Origin: Takakia lepidozioides
Taxonomy: Eukaryota > Plantae > Bryophyta
Assembly (NCBI GenBank): GCA_030704615.1
Contig: CM060732.1
Span: 45,756,001-45,820,000, forward strand
Length of the DNA: 64,000 nt
Direction: 5' to 3'
Made by a program: the position numbers and the translations under genes. The notes under the pieces were generated by a model that ran no database searches, was not told the DNA's origin, and was given only the letters and a program-made list of their open reading frames with translations. Shown here piece after piece: positions 1 through 12,600 of this stretch; position 1 is the first letter of the stretch; each line of letters starts with the position of its first letter.

Positions 1-289
1 AGTGTAAGGGCTCTTGGAGTGGCTAGAGCGGGGCTGGAAGGGCAACATCGAGGCGCCCTAGAGCCAGGGGATATGCATGAGAAGTGCAGGTGCACCAAGT
101 TTGTAAAGGTGTGTATTTCAGATTCGTTTTTGTGAGCTTCATGAAGAAATGGAGTTTGTTGGGCAACATATTGCTTGCTTGTTGAGTTTAGGGTGCCTCT
201 GGTGGGTCGTGAGAGCCCAAGAGAGCATGGCAGCAGGCCTGGTGGCTTCAGAGAAGCCATAGCTCGGCGACAGTAGATGCAGGAGCAAA

Positions 290-670
290 CCCGCCCCATC
301 ACCGTGTCCGTGCATAACCATTCATGTCAATGAGACAGACAACCGACCCAATCCCGAGACGTTCGTCGTCTGTAGCCTCGGAATAGCTGTTTTCCTATGA
401 TTTATCTTATAGTGAATAATACACAGGAATTCCTCATGAATCATAACGGACTCATTCCTCCAGCTATGGTACATCCTTCTGCATAAGTCTTGATGCCTCA
501 AGTGTAAATCAAGCGCCCGCTTATGTGCGACCTGTTCGGAACTCCTCTTAATAGACTTCTTGATCAAGTCCTTCAACATCTTGCATTCTGTGCACTTAGC
601 AAAGGCGCTTCCGGTTTTCCGAACCTCTACGTTTGGAAATATTTGATTCCGTATACGGCTTACAGTTAGC
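290..670 (-). pseudogene. Decayed DDE-type DNA transposase fragment (Sola-like)
   Basis: ORFs 322-714 and 139-321 join across a stop: FAKCTECK...HLRHQDLCRRMYHSWRNES...LCIIH(Y)KINHRKTAIPR...GLGRLSVSLT*MVMHGHGDGA. The CxxC followed by a C-I-I-H-D-K-M-D-like core resembles this transposase class. Family assigned from recall only. Confidence 0.45.
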
Positions 671-2156
671 TCAGGGAGAGCTCGGGAACGCGCGGGAATG
701 CCTCGGGAACGCATGGGAACTCGTTGGGAATTCGAGGGAACAGAGAATAGTGGCCGTGATGGGTCGTTGGGGCGGTATCACGAGATACCACGAGCCCAGG
801 TCGTGATGGTTGACCGTGACTGTTGACCGTGACCGTTGGAAGTCGTGGTGCGGACACAACAGGTGGGCACGGTGACCAGATCGTGGGGATGGCGGGCCGT
901 GAAGGCTCGTGGGAGTGGTACCACGGGTATCAGTGGGCAGCCCGTGGCCAACGAGCGCCTAGGGCGGGCCGTGGGGAGTCGTGGCGGTTGGAGCCACGGA
1001 AGGCCGCGAACAGGCAGAGTGAAAAAAAATAATAAATAATTTAAAAAAAAATCTTTTTTCACTCGTTTCGTGGGACCTTGATGGGGAGGCTGGGCTCTGA
1101 AGAACAACGGTTTTGAGCTAGCTGATCCGGCAGAAAAGTCGGAAGGGAGACCAGCCTGCAGGTAAATCCTTTGGACAGAATGTTATTGGGGCCTATATGT
1201 ACCTTTATTTGCTCCATTTTTGAACCTTCAGCAAATGGTGTGGTTTCCTGAGGTGGTTCCATTCGGAGGAATGGCTGGTGGACGTAAGGAGGCACTGGCG
1301 GACCCTGTGGAGGCTTGCATGGGGCCTTGGAGGCCAAGTTTCATGAGCTCGTGGAGGGCGGTTTGAGGAGTGTCTACAGGATGCTCTCATGGTCATGCAA
1401 GTGAGAGAAGAGAGGAAAAAAAGAGGGTGTTGGGATGAGAGCGTGCTGGGGATAGGCATTGCTTTAGTTTTCCATCCTCGTAGCTTTCCATCTTCTCTGT
1501 AGGCCAAGACCTTTCCGTAGGTGGATGCAAGAGTCAGTCCGGGTTTGGGCTGGGTTGCAGGAGCGACACTGTGGAGAGATTTTTGGTGTGGGGGAGTTGT
1601 TGTTTTCATTCTTGTGTTTGGATCCCCTCCACACCTGCATGCTTGATTGTGCGTCATGCTAGTTTTGTGTGGGCGTTTGATTTTATAGGTGGTGGACTCG
1701 GGCTTGATCGCCGATCCCACCCTAGAGCATGCTGTCGATGGTGAGACTGGGTTGATGACCAGTCATACCATCTTTGTTTCTCATGTGGTGAGGTTGGAGG
1801 TGATGACCAGCCAACCATAGGAGTGTCTGCGGTGGATACAGGTGCAGGTGCAGGTGCAGGCTATGTTAGGAACCTAGTATTCCAAACCATAAGCCGCATC
1901 ACGTTCTCTATCCGGATACCTTGTGGAGAGGGGATTAGAGACATGTTCATGACCGGTTGAGTGTCAGTTTGTCAACACGGAGGTGTCACTAGTTGCTGGG
2001 GAAAGTGCCGGTACAAGCACTAGCGATACTAGCAGGTATACGAGACGGGGTGTGCGGTTTAGGCCACCTTCATCTCCTATGTCTTCTACGGAATGTTCTG
2101 ATTCAGATTGTGAATCAGGAAGACTCACACCGGCGGTGCAAGTTGTTTCCTAGCCA

Positions 2157-3674
2157 TTGTTGTGGGACACAATAGAGGAGATGTATGGAGCCACCAAGGG
2201 GCCACGTAGGTACTCTGGGGCGGTAGGCACCATTGAGTTGGATGATTTCATTCAAGAGTTTGATAGTTGGTGTGACTTGCAGCAAATGCGCAATCCACAA
2301 CTGTTTACGCCTTTCATGGCATGGAAGGGGCTATTTCAGCACCTTGAGGGGCCGCCCATGGATGATTACCATGAGTTTAGGCGGGGGCACGATATTGAGA
2401 TCGAGGAGTGGAGGATGTACTGGTCACCCAACTATGTGTCAATCACTAGAGGCACTAGAGGCACTAGAGGCACAAGGGCAGCAGCCACACCGGCAGCTGC
2501 ACCAGCAGCAGCAGCTTCTACAAGCAGTAATGGGACTAGTGGTACAGCAACTATGACGTCCACCTAAGCTACTGCTGCACCAACACCAGTGGCGGTGTAT
2601 GCCTTCAACCCTGTTGTGGAGTTCTTCGAAGAGTTGAGAAGGAACTACCAAGGGGTGAGGACAGAGAAGTTGAGGAGCTTGCAAGAGTTCCAACGGAAGC
2701 CTACTGAGAGCTTGAGGGAGGCTTTCACTCGCATGAGGCGCTTGATTAATGTAACCCAAGGGGTTACGGAGGCTCAGGCAGTCCAATTCTGGTATGGGAT
2801 ATTGGACAAGGAGCTGAGGAGAAGGGTGCGGGATGCAACTTTCCTACAAGCGGCCCAACCCACCTTAGCAAATGTGTTTTTGCTGGCAGAGCGGATAGAG
2901 CTCAACATGGTGGAGGAACGAGTGGTCATGGTGGGATTTGCTAAGGAGGCACCACGGGATAGTGGTGCTCCTAGCCAGCCACTACCTCAACGTGCTCAAG
3001 GCAACAAGGGGGCTCAGGTAAAGCCTAGGGAAGGGCAGAGAGGACCTCAGATGCAGGGGTCTCTCCCTTCATTTGCTGGCCAACAACGGGCGGATGTGGT
3101 GTGCTGGACATGCGGAGGACCCCATGCCAAGAAGGATTGCCCAGAGGGAGGCAATGGTTTGGCACCGGCACAACCTGCACAATTGCAGTGTGGGCATTGT
3201 GGCAAGTACGGGCATGGAGAAACCCAGTGCTATGGTTTGCATCCTGAGTTGCGCCCAGGCCAGTTCCAAGGGAACAATGGTGGTCGGGGGCGAGGTGGAG
3301 CAGCCCAGAGAGGACGAGGTGGCCAGGCACGAGGTGCAGGCCAAGGGCAAGCTCAACATGGCCAAGGATGCGGAGGTCAGGGTGGTGACCAAGGCATGGC
3401 CAACCGGCTTCAGCAGCTAGAGCAGAGGCTCGCTGCCATGGCCACAGCTCAGGTGGTACCGGCTCCAAGGCCGGATGGTCCACCTCCTGTTCTCGAGGGA
3501 GGAGACATGGGAGGCATGGGATTCATGTGCGGGGCAGCACTACCACTAGTGAGGGGTGCCATTACCACTACCACTGTGGGTGGGGCACCACTACCACTAG
3601 TGCCGGGCAGCACTACCACTAGTGCAAGTGGAGTCAGCTGCGGCAGTGACTCGAGGAGCAGCACGAGTTCCTGA
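2157..3674 (+). pseudogene. gag: Gag with two zinc knuckles (in-frame TAA at 2565-2567)
   Basis: ELDDFIQEFDSW...; LRSLQEFQRKPTESLREAFTRM (gag core); CWTCGGPHAKKDC and CGHCGKYGHGETQC knuckles; RGG-rich tail. Confidence 0.85.
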
Positions 3675-4112
3675 GCCACGGGGTGCGGAGGTGGAGTTGG
3701 ATCCACAGCGTGGAGAGGCAAGTCGTCAGGCCAGGCTTTCTTAGTCATTCACATTGGCGGAGACAGTGTCGACGCCGTCCATGGCACCTAGTTCTCGCGA
3801 CTGTTACCGAGGCGGAGGTTCCTATGCCATTGGGGAGAGCTACACGGGCAGCACCACTACCTAGTATTGCCAAAGCTACGGCAGCTAGTGTGCTATTGGG
3901 GGCGGCCACAGCTGTGTGTCAAACTCAATTGTTCTCGGCTACCATGATTGCGACGCCGGGGGTAAGACCAGGTGAGGTGTTCAGGCTGGCAGCTACACTC
4001 TGTGAGAGTGGGGAGGTTACTTCATCTTCTGCGGAGATAGTGGGAGGTGTAGTGCCGGAGGGATCCTCGGATGTGAGGGTCAAGACTGCCATGGCAAGCT
4101 GTAGCTGCTAGG

Positions 4113-4560
4113 TTGATGGAGCTGCCAGCTAGGCCAGCCATTGAGCGCGCCATGGTGACACCTGGAGTTGTCATTTTAGACAACCAAGATGACATTTTCT
4201 GTTTGAGTGGACCGGCAGGCAAGAGGTACTGGCCACTGCGAGTCTTGTTGGACTCGAGAGCTCAGCCATTGAAGTTGGGCAGAGCTGCTATTGCAGGCTT
4301 GGGCCTCACGAAGGCGGATATGGAATCGTGCCCTTTCCAGATACAGACATCTCTGGGAGGATCAGAGCAGGCTCGGGGCATGACACGGCGTGAGCTGGCT
4401 ATCCGACTACAGCCGGATCATCCTACAGTTGGCTCAGTGATGAGAGCCAAGACCATTGTGACAGACGCGGTCTCGTACGATATCCTTGTTGGTGGGGCAG
4501 TGTTGTACCCCATGGGCTTCACCCTGGATTTTGGGAGGAGTCAGCTTCCTATAGGCCTGG
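4113..4560 (+). pseudogene. Retropepsin aspartic protease domain
   Basis: RVLLDSRAQP (the D-S-G motif mutated to D-S-R), then YDILVGGAVL, equivalent to D-x-ILG. Confidence 0.75.
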
Positions 4561-4960
4561 ATGGCAGTCAGGGGAGGGTCGGCGTGTGCAGCTCCCTGTG
4601 ACGTTCATAGGAGGAGTTGCGGTTGCCCAGCGAGGCAAGATGCCGACACTGGCAGCATTAACAGCTGCAGTGACTTGGCCTGGAGAGTTGTTGGATGGCA
4701 ACACTCATCCAGAGGATGTGTCACCTCCGGGAGAGCAGGATGACATGTATGGTATGGCGGAGTTGTCTGTCATGGTTGCTCACACTCCATTGTGGGGCTC
4801 GAGCAAGGATTTGCAGCGGGTTGCTGATTGGCGAGTGCAACAAGCCTGGGTAGAGGCTTTTGTACCGTCAGGAGAGGAGGACAGTGCGGGGATTGCACCA
4901 GGACCACCTCAGTTGTCACCATTGGACACCACACCGATCGTGTGGAAGTGTCCGGATGAA

Positions 4961-5910
4961 GACATTTGTCTTCTGGACTTGTTTGGCGGGATCAGCACCG
5001 GGTTGGCTGCTGTTCTACAGGCAGGTGTACGAGTACGACGTTACCTGTATGTGGAGAGGGATGAGACTGCATGATGTGTCTCCCTACGCCATGTTGCTCA
5101 GTTGGTGCAGCAGTACCCTGAGTTATTGCCGGTGTCTGCGGTTCGTGGATATCAGCAGGCCTTGCCAACAGACATCTCTTTGCTGGGGGCGCAGGATTTG
5201 GAGCGGGTTGGCTCCATTGATTTGGTAGTGGCAGGTTGGCCCTGCCAAGGGCATTCATCAGTCAGGCATGACAATGGATTGCGAGACTCGAGGTCGGGTC
5301 TGTTTTGGGAGATGGTGCGGGTTTTGCGCCACTTACAGCTTCATCAGGCTGTATCTCCAGCATACATCCTGGAGAATGTGCCACTGATGGGCGATTCTCG
5401 GGCCAGGGTGATAGCCAGTGTGCATCAAGTCCAGTCGTGGCTTGGGTCAGCAGTGTTGCTGGATGCAACTACAGTGGGGTCACGAGCTTGTCGTCCACGG
5501 CTATGGTGGACTAACTTGATGTCACCCGCACTGCTCAAGCGTGCATTTGATGGGGTGCAGCGGCCAACACACCTCACAGTGGATAGCATTTTGGACACAG
5601 GTAGGCAGTCTCAGCGTGTGAGACACGATGACCGTTCGCCTTTGGCAGTGGTCAACAAGGTGGGTCAATCACGAGCAGCACTACCTACACTACTCAGCTT
5701 CCCAGGATCGCATGCTGGGATAGTGGACCTGATCTCATGTGGGATGCTCAGTTGCAGCAGTTAGTGGAGCCTAATGCCGACGAGCGAGAGCGGGCTATGG
5801 GTTTTTCCACTGGGACCACGGCGGTGCCTTCTCTTTTTGAGGCATCACGTTGTCAGGTGTTGGGGCAAGCAATGGATCTAAATTGCTTGACCTGGATTAT
5901 CAGCTTGGCT
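4961..5910 (+). pseudogene. DNMT3-like C5-cytosine DNA methyltransferase domain embedded in pol
   Basis: Motif I LLDLFGGISTG; II YVERD; IV DLVVAGWPCQ (catalytic PC); GLRDSRSGLFWE; VI YILENV; VIII RPRLWWTNL; IX/X ERERAMGF...RCQVLGQAM. One in-frame TGA (5072-5074) and one frameshift near 5720-5737. Confidence 0.9.
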
Positions 5911-6323
5911 ATGGCTGAGCAACGTAGAGTACGGAGTGCACTTCCCTTGACGGTCTCTCTGCCTACCGAGACGGTACAGGCAGTGAGTGGGGGCGAGCCG
6001 GTGAGGACCACGGGGTGTAGACATCCATGGCACACGTGGGAGGTGCTCGAGGTTCAGAGGGAGTTGGCAGCCAAGGCGGCTGTGATGGATGAGGTTGGGG
6101 ATTCTTCTCGGGTTAAGGAGGTCCTCAAGGATGAGATGATGGGGCAGGATGAGGCCTTGTCATTGACTGAGCAGGTAGGGAGTACTGCTCACGGGACGCG
6201 TCTCCTACCTCTAAGTCTGCTGGACTTAAGGTTGCAGTTACGGAGGACAATTGAGAGCCTGACATTGGACCCATTGTCACTGGAGGAGAGAGACGATGTA
6301 TACGGCGGTTCTTAAGGGCTTAC

Positions 6324-7640
6324 ATGAATTGCTTTGCCTTCAGTTTAAAGGATTTGGGAGCACTGAAGGGTCAGGAGATTCGTATTGAGTTGGCCACGGA
6401 CACGCCAATCTTTCGGAGACCCTATAGATATAGTGACATGGAGAGGTCTTTGATTCAGATGAGAACTCAAGATCTTTGGGAGGCTGGTTTGGTGGAGCTC
6501 TCTAGTGGAGAGTATGCTTCAGCCACGGTGATGCCAGCCAAGAAGGATATCTATGGCAATTGGACGGAGAGACGTATGTGCGGTGATTACCGGCCTGTAA
6601 ATCTTCAGACCGAGTCCGATAAGTATGCCATGCCCACACCGGAGGAGATCTTTGATGCCATTGGGTCCGGATATCACCAGTTGCCAATCAAGGAGGCGGA
6701 CAAGCAGAAGACGGCATTCTGGGGGATCAATGAGCACGAGAAGGATTGTCTATATCAGGTGGCGGTTCTTACCATTCGGGCTTAAGAACGCTCCTGCAGA
6801 GTTCCAGAGAGTTATGGACAGGATTCTAGCAAGGATAGACTTTGCTTGGTACTACATAGATGACATCATCATCTTTAGTGCTACGGTGGAGGAGCACGAG
6901 AGACACCTTCAGGTGGTGTTTGAGTGCTTGAGGGCGCACGGATTGAAATTACATCCGGGGAAGTGCAAGTTCTTCCACAACCAGATTGAGTATCTGGGCC
7001 ACATGATATATCCTGGAGGATTGGGGATGCAGCAGACTAAGGTAGAGGCCATCGCACAGATTTCACGCCCCACGGATGTGAGCCGAGTTCGAGCTTTCAT
7101 GGGGTTGGCAAACTACTATAGACGGTTTGTCAAGGGATTTAGTGCTATTGCAAAGGCTCTAACCAAGCTGATTAAGGTAGACCGGGAGTGGTAGTGGGAA
7201 GATGAGCAAGAGCGAGCTTTTCAGGAGCTCAAGGCGAGGTTGACCTCGGCGCCAATCTTGAGACGACCTATCAAGGTGCGTCCCTTTCAGGTGCATACAG
7301 ATTGGAGCATGCTGGGGCTTGGAGCGGTGCTCACACAGATAGATGATGAGGGAAGAGAGTTCGTAGTGGCTTATGCTAGCCGCTCGAACAACGCTGCAGA
7401 GTCTAAGTATAGCTCATATGAGGGGGAGTGCTTAGCTGCAGTGTGGGCCGTGGTACACTTCTCTTCACTCTTGTCACGGATCACCAGCCACTCAAGTGGT
7501 TGATGGAGTCAGACAAGCTTACGGGGAAGCTTGCACGGTGGGCACTTATACTCCAAGAGTATGACTTTCAAGTTGTGCATCGACCGGGGTTGGTCAATAG
7601 GGATGCGGATGGATTGAGTCGCAATCCATGCACGAGCTAG
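6324..7640 (+). pseudogene. pol: Reverse transcriptase + RNase H (Gypsy type)
   Basis: RMCGDYRPVN, SGYHQ, KTAF, PFGLKNAPAEFQ, YIDDII, YLGH, FMGLANYYRRF; RNase H VHTDWS, VAYASR, YSSYEGECLA, TDHQPL. The LD motif upstream of SGYHQ is deleted, and there are frameshifts. Confidence 0.95.
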
Positions 7641-7955
7641 CAGGATGACACTGGAACTCGGTGGCATGGTGAGACGGACGAGGAGATGGTGCCGGGATGG
7701 CATGCATCTGCCTTCTTATGTATCTTGGCATCGGGAGGTCACGTTGGACCTACAACAGAGATGACTGTAGACGGAGTGTTTGAGGACCCTGAGGCTAGTG
7801 ATGAGCCAGGTGGTGTCAGAGATATACATGAGGATTCGGTTGTGTTGGACTACCTCCGCACTGGAGACACGGCAGCTAGGGTGACAGCCAAGGAGAGGGA
7901 TCGGATCCTACAACGAGCCAGGAGGTTCAAGTAGGAGGGGATACACCTGCTTCGA

Positions 7956-8619
7956 GTGTGGGAGGATGGTCGGGTGAGGATCGTGCCTCACCCAACACAG
8001 CGTGCACGATTAGTGCGACATGCCCATGAGGAGTTGGGGCATTTTGGAGTGCGACGCACTCATAGTTTACTGCAGGGGCAGTATTGGTGGCGTGGGATGC
8101 ACACAGAGGTGCAACAGTTCGTGGCTAGGTGCATGGTGTGTGACAAGGTGCGTGCTTCATTCAACACCCCTACACCACAGTTGCATCCATTATCCATCAT
8201 GGGATTGGGCTACAGGTGGAGTCTTGACTTCGCAGGGCCGTTGCCATTGACGATGCGCCACCACAGATATGTGTTGGTGATGGTGGAGCACTTCTCCAAG
8301 TGGATTGAGTTGGTTCCATTGCCTGACAAGGCTAGTGAGGGGGCTGCGTATGCATTCCTGGATCGTGTACTTAGTCGATTCGGTGCTCCAGCTGAGGTAC
8401 TCACGGACCAAGGAAGAGAGTTCTTGGGGGGAGTTTCAGGCTTTGTGTGATAAAGCCTTGATAGACCACCGTACCACTTCTCGGGATCATCCTGAGGCCG
8501 ATGGCTTGGCAAAGAGAGTGGTGCAGACGGTGAAGAGGGGTTTACGCAAGTATGGCTTGCAAAAGGGACACCTAGGAGATTGGGATCTTCAGGTACCTTG
8601 GTTAGCCATGGGCTACAGG
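7956..8619 (+). pseudogene. Integrase, N-terminal part (HHCC zinc finger + DDE core)
   Basis: HAHEELGHFG...CMVC; LDFAGP, LTDQGREF, GLA(K)RVV with the catalytic E mutated to K. Interrupted at AMGYR by the insertion. Confidence 0.92.
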
Positions 8620-9639
8620 CAGGGATGCCTCGGCGTGAGCCTGGTCACGTGAGCGCGTGAGCGCGACTGCGCTCACGCCACGTCACCTTGCGCAAATGCC
8701 ACGTCACGGGGCTCAGTCCACGTCATCACACGTGGAGGCCGAGTCACCACGCACCCAGAAAGAAGTGGAGTGTATTCCCGCGGATTGGCACCCTTTACCG
8801 CGGAAACAAGCTGGACGACATAATAAAAGGCATTGAATAAATGATGGATGAATGTACAGTTGGATGATAAACAGATGGATGAGTTTGAAAAATCTATGTA
8901 GATGGATGAATGACGGATGGATAAGAGTAAAATGGATGAATGTATAATGGATGTTGAGCAATGACAAAAATTCATGACAGGAAGATGCATGACCAAATCT
9001 TTTGACGAATGCACAAAGTATATGAAATGAGTGTGGAAGGTTTGTGGGGTGGATTAAAGAGTACAGAGGATGAATGTACAATGGATGTTGTACAAAGGAA
9101 GCTTTCATGAATGGAGCACGCATGAATACAGTGTAGATGAATGCACAATGGATATGAGAAGAGTCAGGAAGGTTTGTGAGATGGATTCATACATATAGCA
9201 ATTTAAACGAAAGTTGATTCTGTGATTATTATTTGTTCTAAAGGAACAACTACGGTAGAGTAAGGGGATTCAACGTTTTCCAGATAATATGAAAATGAAT
9301 ATTAAAAGAATACAGTTCAGTCTGACTCAGAGTCAGTACAATGTATCCCCTCTTCCTCTGCATCTAAGTCTAAGTATTTTAGAACACCGGATCCACGCTG
9401 GATACACCTACGGCTGGCCACTAAAAAGTCAGGGGATAGGGACTCGGACGCGTGAAGTGCCATTGCTTCGGCATAAACAGGGAGCAGAAAATTGGAAAGG
9501 GGGCTGTCGAAAACAGACTCGCCAGAAATGACTGTATCTCCTGAAGATCCACCGCTGGCTTTCCTGAAAGACAGCCTGAAAAAGTTATTACTGTAACTTT
9601 GATGTTATCGAGAAATTGAGTATGACTCCCAAAGAGGGT

Positions 9640-12600
9640 TTAGCACTTACTCACATGAAAAGTCGTTGTCGACCTGCTTATCTTCGGGATCGTCATCATT
9701 TCGAATATGAATCCGATCAGTCTGTGTGCCTGAAGTGGAGCCAGACAAAAGGGGAGGAGCACTGTGTTGTAGAGGTCAGAATCACCCTCCATACCAAAAA
9801 GGCTTCTTCCGCCTGCCTTGCATGCGTGGTAAGTTGCTCCTGCACCAGACAGGAGAACATAAGCAGTTTGGAGGAGGGGATTTAAGCAGATGAAACTGTT
9901 GAAAGGAAACCAATTCGGAAGGGAGAAAACGAACCTGTGGACACAGAAAGATCGACCACCCGTGCAGAGCGGTGGCTGCATGACTCCAGCAGTATTTGCA
10001 TGAATGCTGGTGACTTTTCCTTTGCACCTCTCCAGGGAGTGCCATCTGGTCTCTTCAGAGTCTGACTGGACTGCATGAAGTTGTACAAAATGTCATCGAC
10101 ATGGGGCTCATAGGGGGGGTTGACGAAACAACCCTGGTCAGAAATCTCAAAGCTGCGGATGGAGGATGGTGTCTTTGATGTGCGAATCCTCCGCAGGCAG
10201 ATCGCCTCGAACATCCTCGTCTGCCAAAGATAGCAGGTTAGTGTGGTAAACACAATCTAAAGTGGAAGTGTGTACATCGGCTATTCAGAACTCTGACACC
10301 AAAAAACCATGAATCGTTGATGATCGGTGTCGATCATAAAACATTCTACTAGAGTGGAGCTGCAGAGAAAATTGAAACTCATGATCAAAGCATAAGCAGA
10401 AGGCAGACGGCATACCAGCTGACCAGGGAAACCCCCTTTCACAAGGTAGAGGCTGTTCACACAATTCCATGTGCGCAAAACTTCAAACCCTGAAGACTTG
10501 AGGTATGATGCCAATGCCCGACGACTATCATTGTCACATGACTGAAAAAGCAGAAGTGTCCCTGCATCAGAGAGGAAATTGTTACAGAACCCGAATACCC
10601 AACTCCAGTAGTTGTCCTCGAATTTGTTCCACCCTGGCGTCTTGCCCTTTGGAAGAACTTCTGGCACAGCCTGGCCATCCGGGATGTCGAGAATGACAAT
10701 GTCGGCCGCATAAGTTTTCTGCACACCGCACACGAAGGTGGGACCTGTGCTCACCTGCAACAGACATGTTTTTTATAAGAACGATGGCAAGAATGTTTTC
10801 AAAGAACGAGACTGAAATACTGCCAACGAAACATTCAGAGAAAAAGGAAAGAAAGTGGAATTCTCACCAGATTGAGGAATGAGATTATATTGTCCCAGGT
10901 AGGGGATGGCACCCCAGTGTATCCTCTCTTTCGACTCTGCATCATCGAAAGCCAACCCTCATTAACAATTTTCATCTCTCCTGCTGAATCAGAACGGGAA
11001 GGGTGTGGCTTGGCATCGAACACGCACTGAAGAGTGCGGGTATATCTTCCAGCACTAAAGTCCTGCCCACTCTCCATCTCCTTTTCATTCTCCTTCCCCT
11101 TGTCCTTTTCCTTCTCTTTGGACTTGTCTTTGTCCTTTGGCTTTGCTGGTGAGATGGCTATGACATCAACAGCCTTGTCTTTTGGTTTGCGGCCCGCCTT
11201 CTTTCCCTTCTGCGGCGTTCCCTGAGCATCAGGCTCCTTGGCAGCCAAGGTTGCTATGTTTCGTTGATACTCTTCGTCAGTCAAAGGCGCCAGCATCTCA
11301 GCGTTATTGTTCAAGTATTTCATATGCTGTTCTTGAAAGGTCGTGTGCTCAGGTGGGCAGTCAAGGTACCACCCACAGTCTCTGAAGTGAGAAGGACTCC
11401 AGTCCTTCAATATCCCTGCAGTATACATGGTTGGATCGTTTGCAGGGTCCGACCACATGTCAAGATAGTCGGGAATTCCGCTCAGGTGATTTCCTTCCAT
11501 AAGCACATATTTCGTGTACCTGAAAAAAGGAGATGAATCCCAACCCACAAAAGCGCTCAGTGAGTAAGATGCAAGTAGAACAGAAAGAATAAAACATGGA
11601 TTGAAATGGCTCTGACAACTGCTCCAAGGACCTTTCAGGACCACACTACTGCTCCAGATATGAATGTCGTCAACGCCATTCAGAACATTCCATTCCATGA
11701 CACTGTAAATACATCCTAATCCAGGTGAATGCAAATAAGCGATTAGAAATGACACAGACATAGAAGTGAATGTCGTCAACGACATTCAAGAATGAAGCCA
11801 AATTATTACTGAAATGAAGCAAAATCACAGGATGGAAATAAAAAAATTGAGTAAGGAACCATCCAGGAAAACTCAATGCACATTCATAACGAACCTATCA
11901 CTGAGGACCTCACAACATCACTGTATGTGAATGGCGTCAACGCCATTCACAAAAATACAAAAAAGAAACCAATTACTTAGCTCCCCAATCCATGAAAATT
12001 GAATTTGTCGTTTTTGAATAATACAGACACAGCTGTGAATGTCGTCAACGACATTCACTTTGGATTTCTTAAAACAGAGCTTATCAAGCCTCCATATTCA
12101 TCGCAAGAGGAAAAAACAATGCAGAACAACTGAATGTCTGCATTGACATTCAGCAAAATGAAGTGATCAACCCTCATTGTAACCTCTATGGACATTACAA
12201 AAATTTAAATAACCTTGAGGACCACACAACAACTCCGTATGTGAATGTCGTCAACGCCATTCAAGGACATTATCAATTCTAATCAGGGACAATATAATTG
12301 CACCCTTAGATCCTAACCAGGTGAATTCATATACTCGCTTAAGAATGACTCAGACAAAGAAGTGAATGTCGTCAACGACATTCAATCTGGATCTAAGATT
12401 GCAATCCATATGAAGCCACAATTTTTCCCAAAAAAACAGTAGAGTTTCAAGTATGACATTTCACCTGTACACAACTCGCATCATGGCCCACTCTCCTCCA
12501 ACCTGACTGTCAAAGTCGTTGGACCGTAAAATGTTACCATCTTTGGAGAACTCCCGGAAAAAACAGTATCTCCAGGTGAGACCTCTCCACTTCCTTATGT

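Noticed and set aside
1059-1800. 5' LTR/PBS of the Gypsy element
   Set aside because: No similarity to the 3' LTR and no clear tRNA-complementary PBS.
4961-5910. Host DRM/DNMT3 gene or bacterial contamination
   Set aside because: Intronless, collinear with PR and RT, decayed like the rest of the element, and flanked by plant TEs and spliced genes.
10100-10130. VNPPY as the definitive catalytic motif IV of the amino-MTase
   Set aside because: By position, the beta-class motif IV corresponds better to DIVILDIPDG in exon 7. The NPPY may be coincidental and cannot be resolved without structural alignment.
11661-12384. CRISPR array (palindromic repeats with spacers)
   Set aside because: Eukaryotic intron, no cas genes, and the spacers are long (73-139 bp), uneven and partly homologous to each other.
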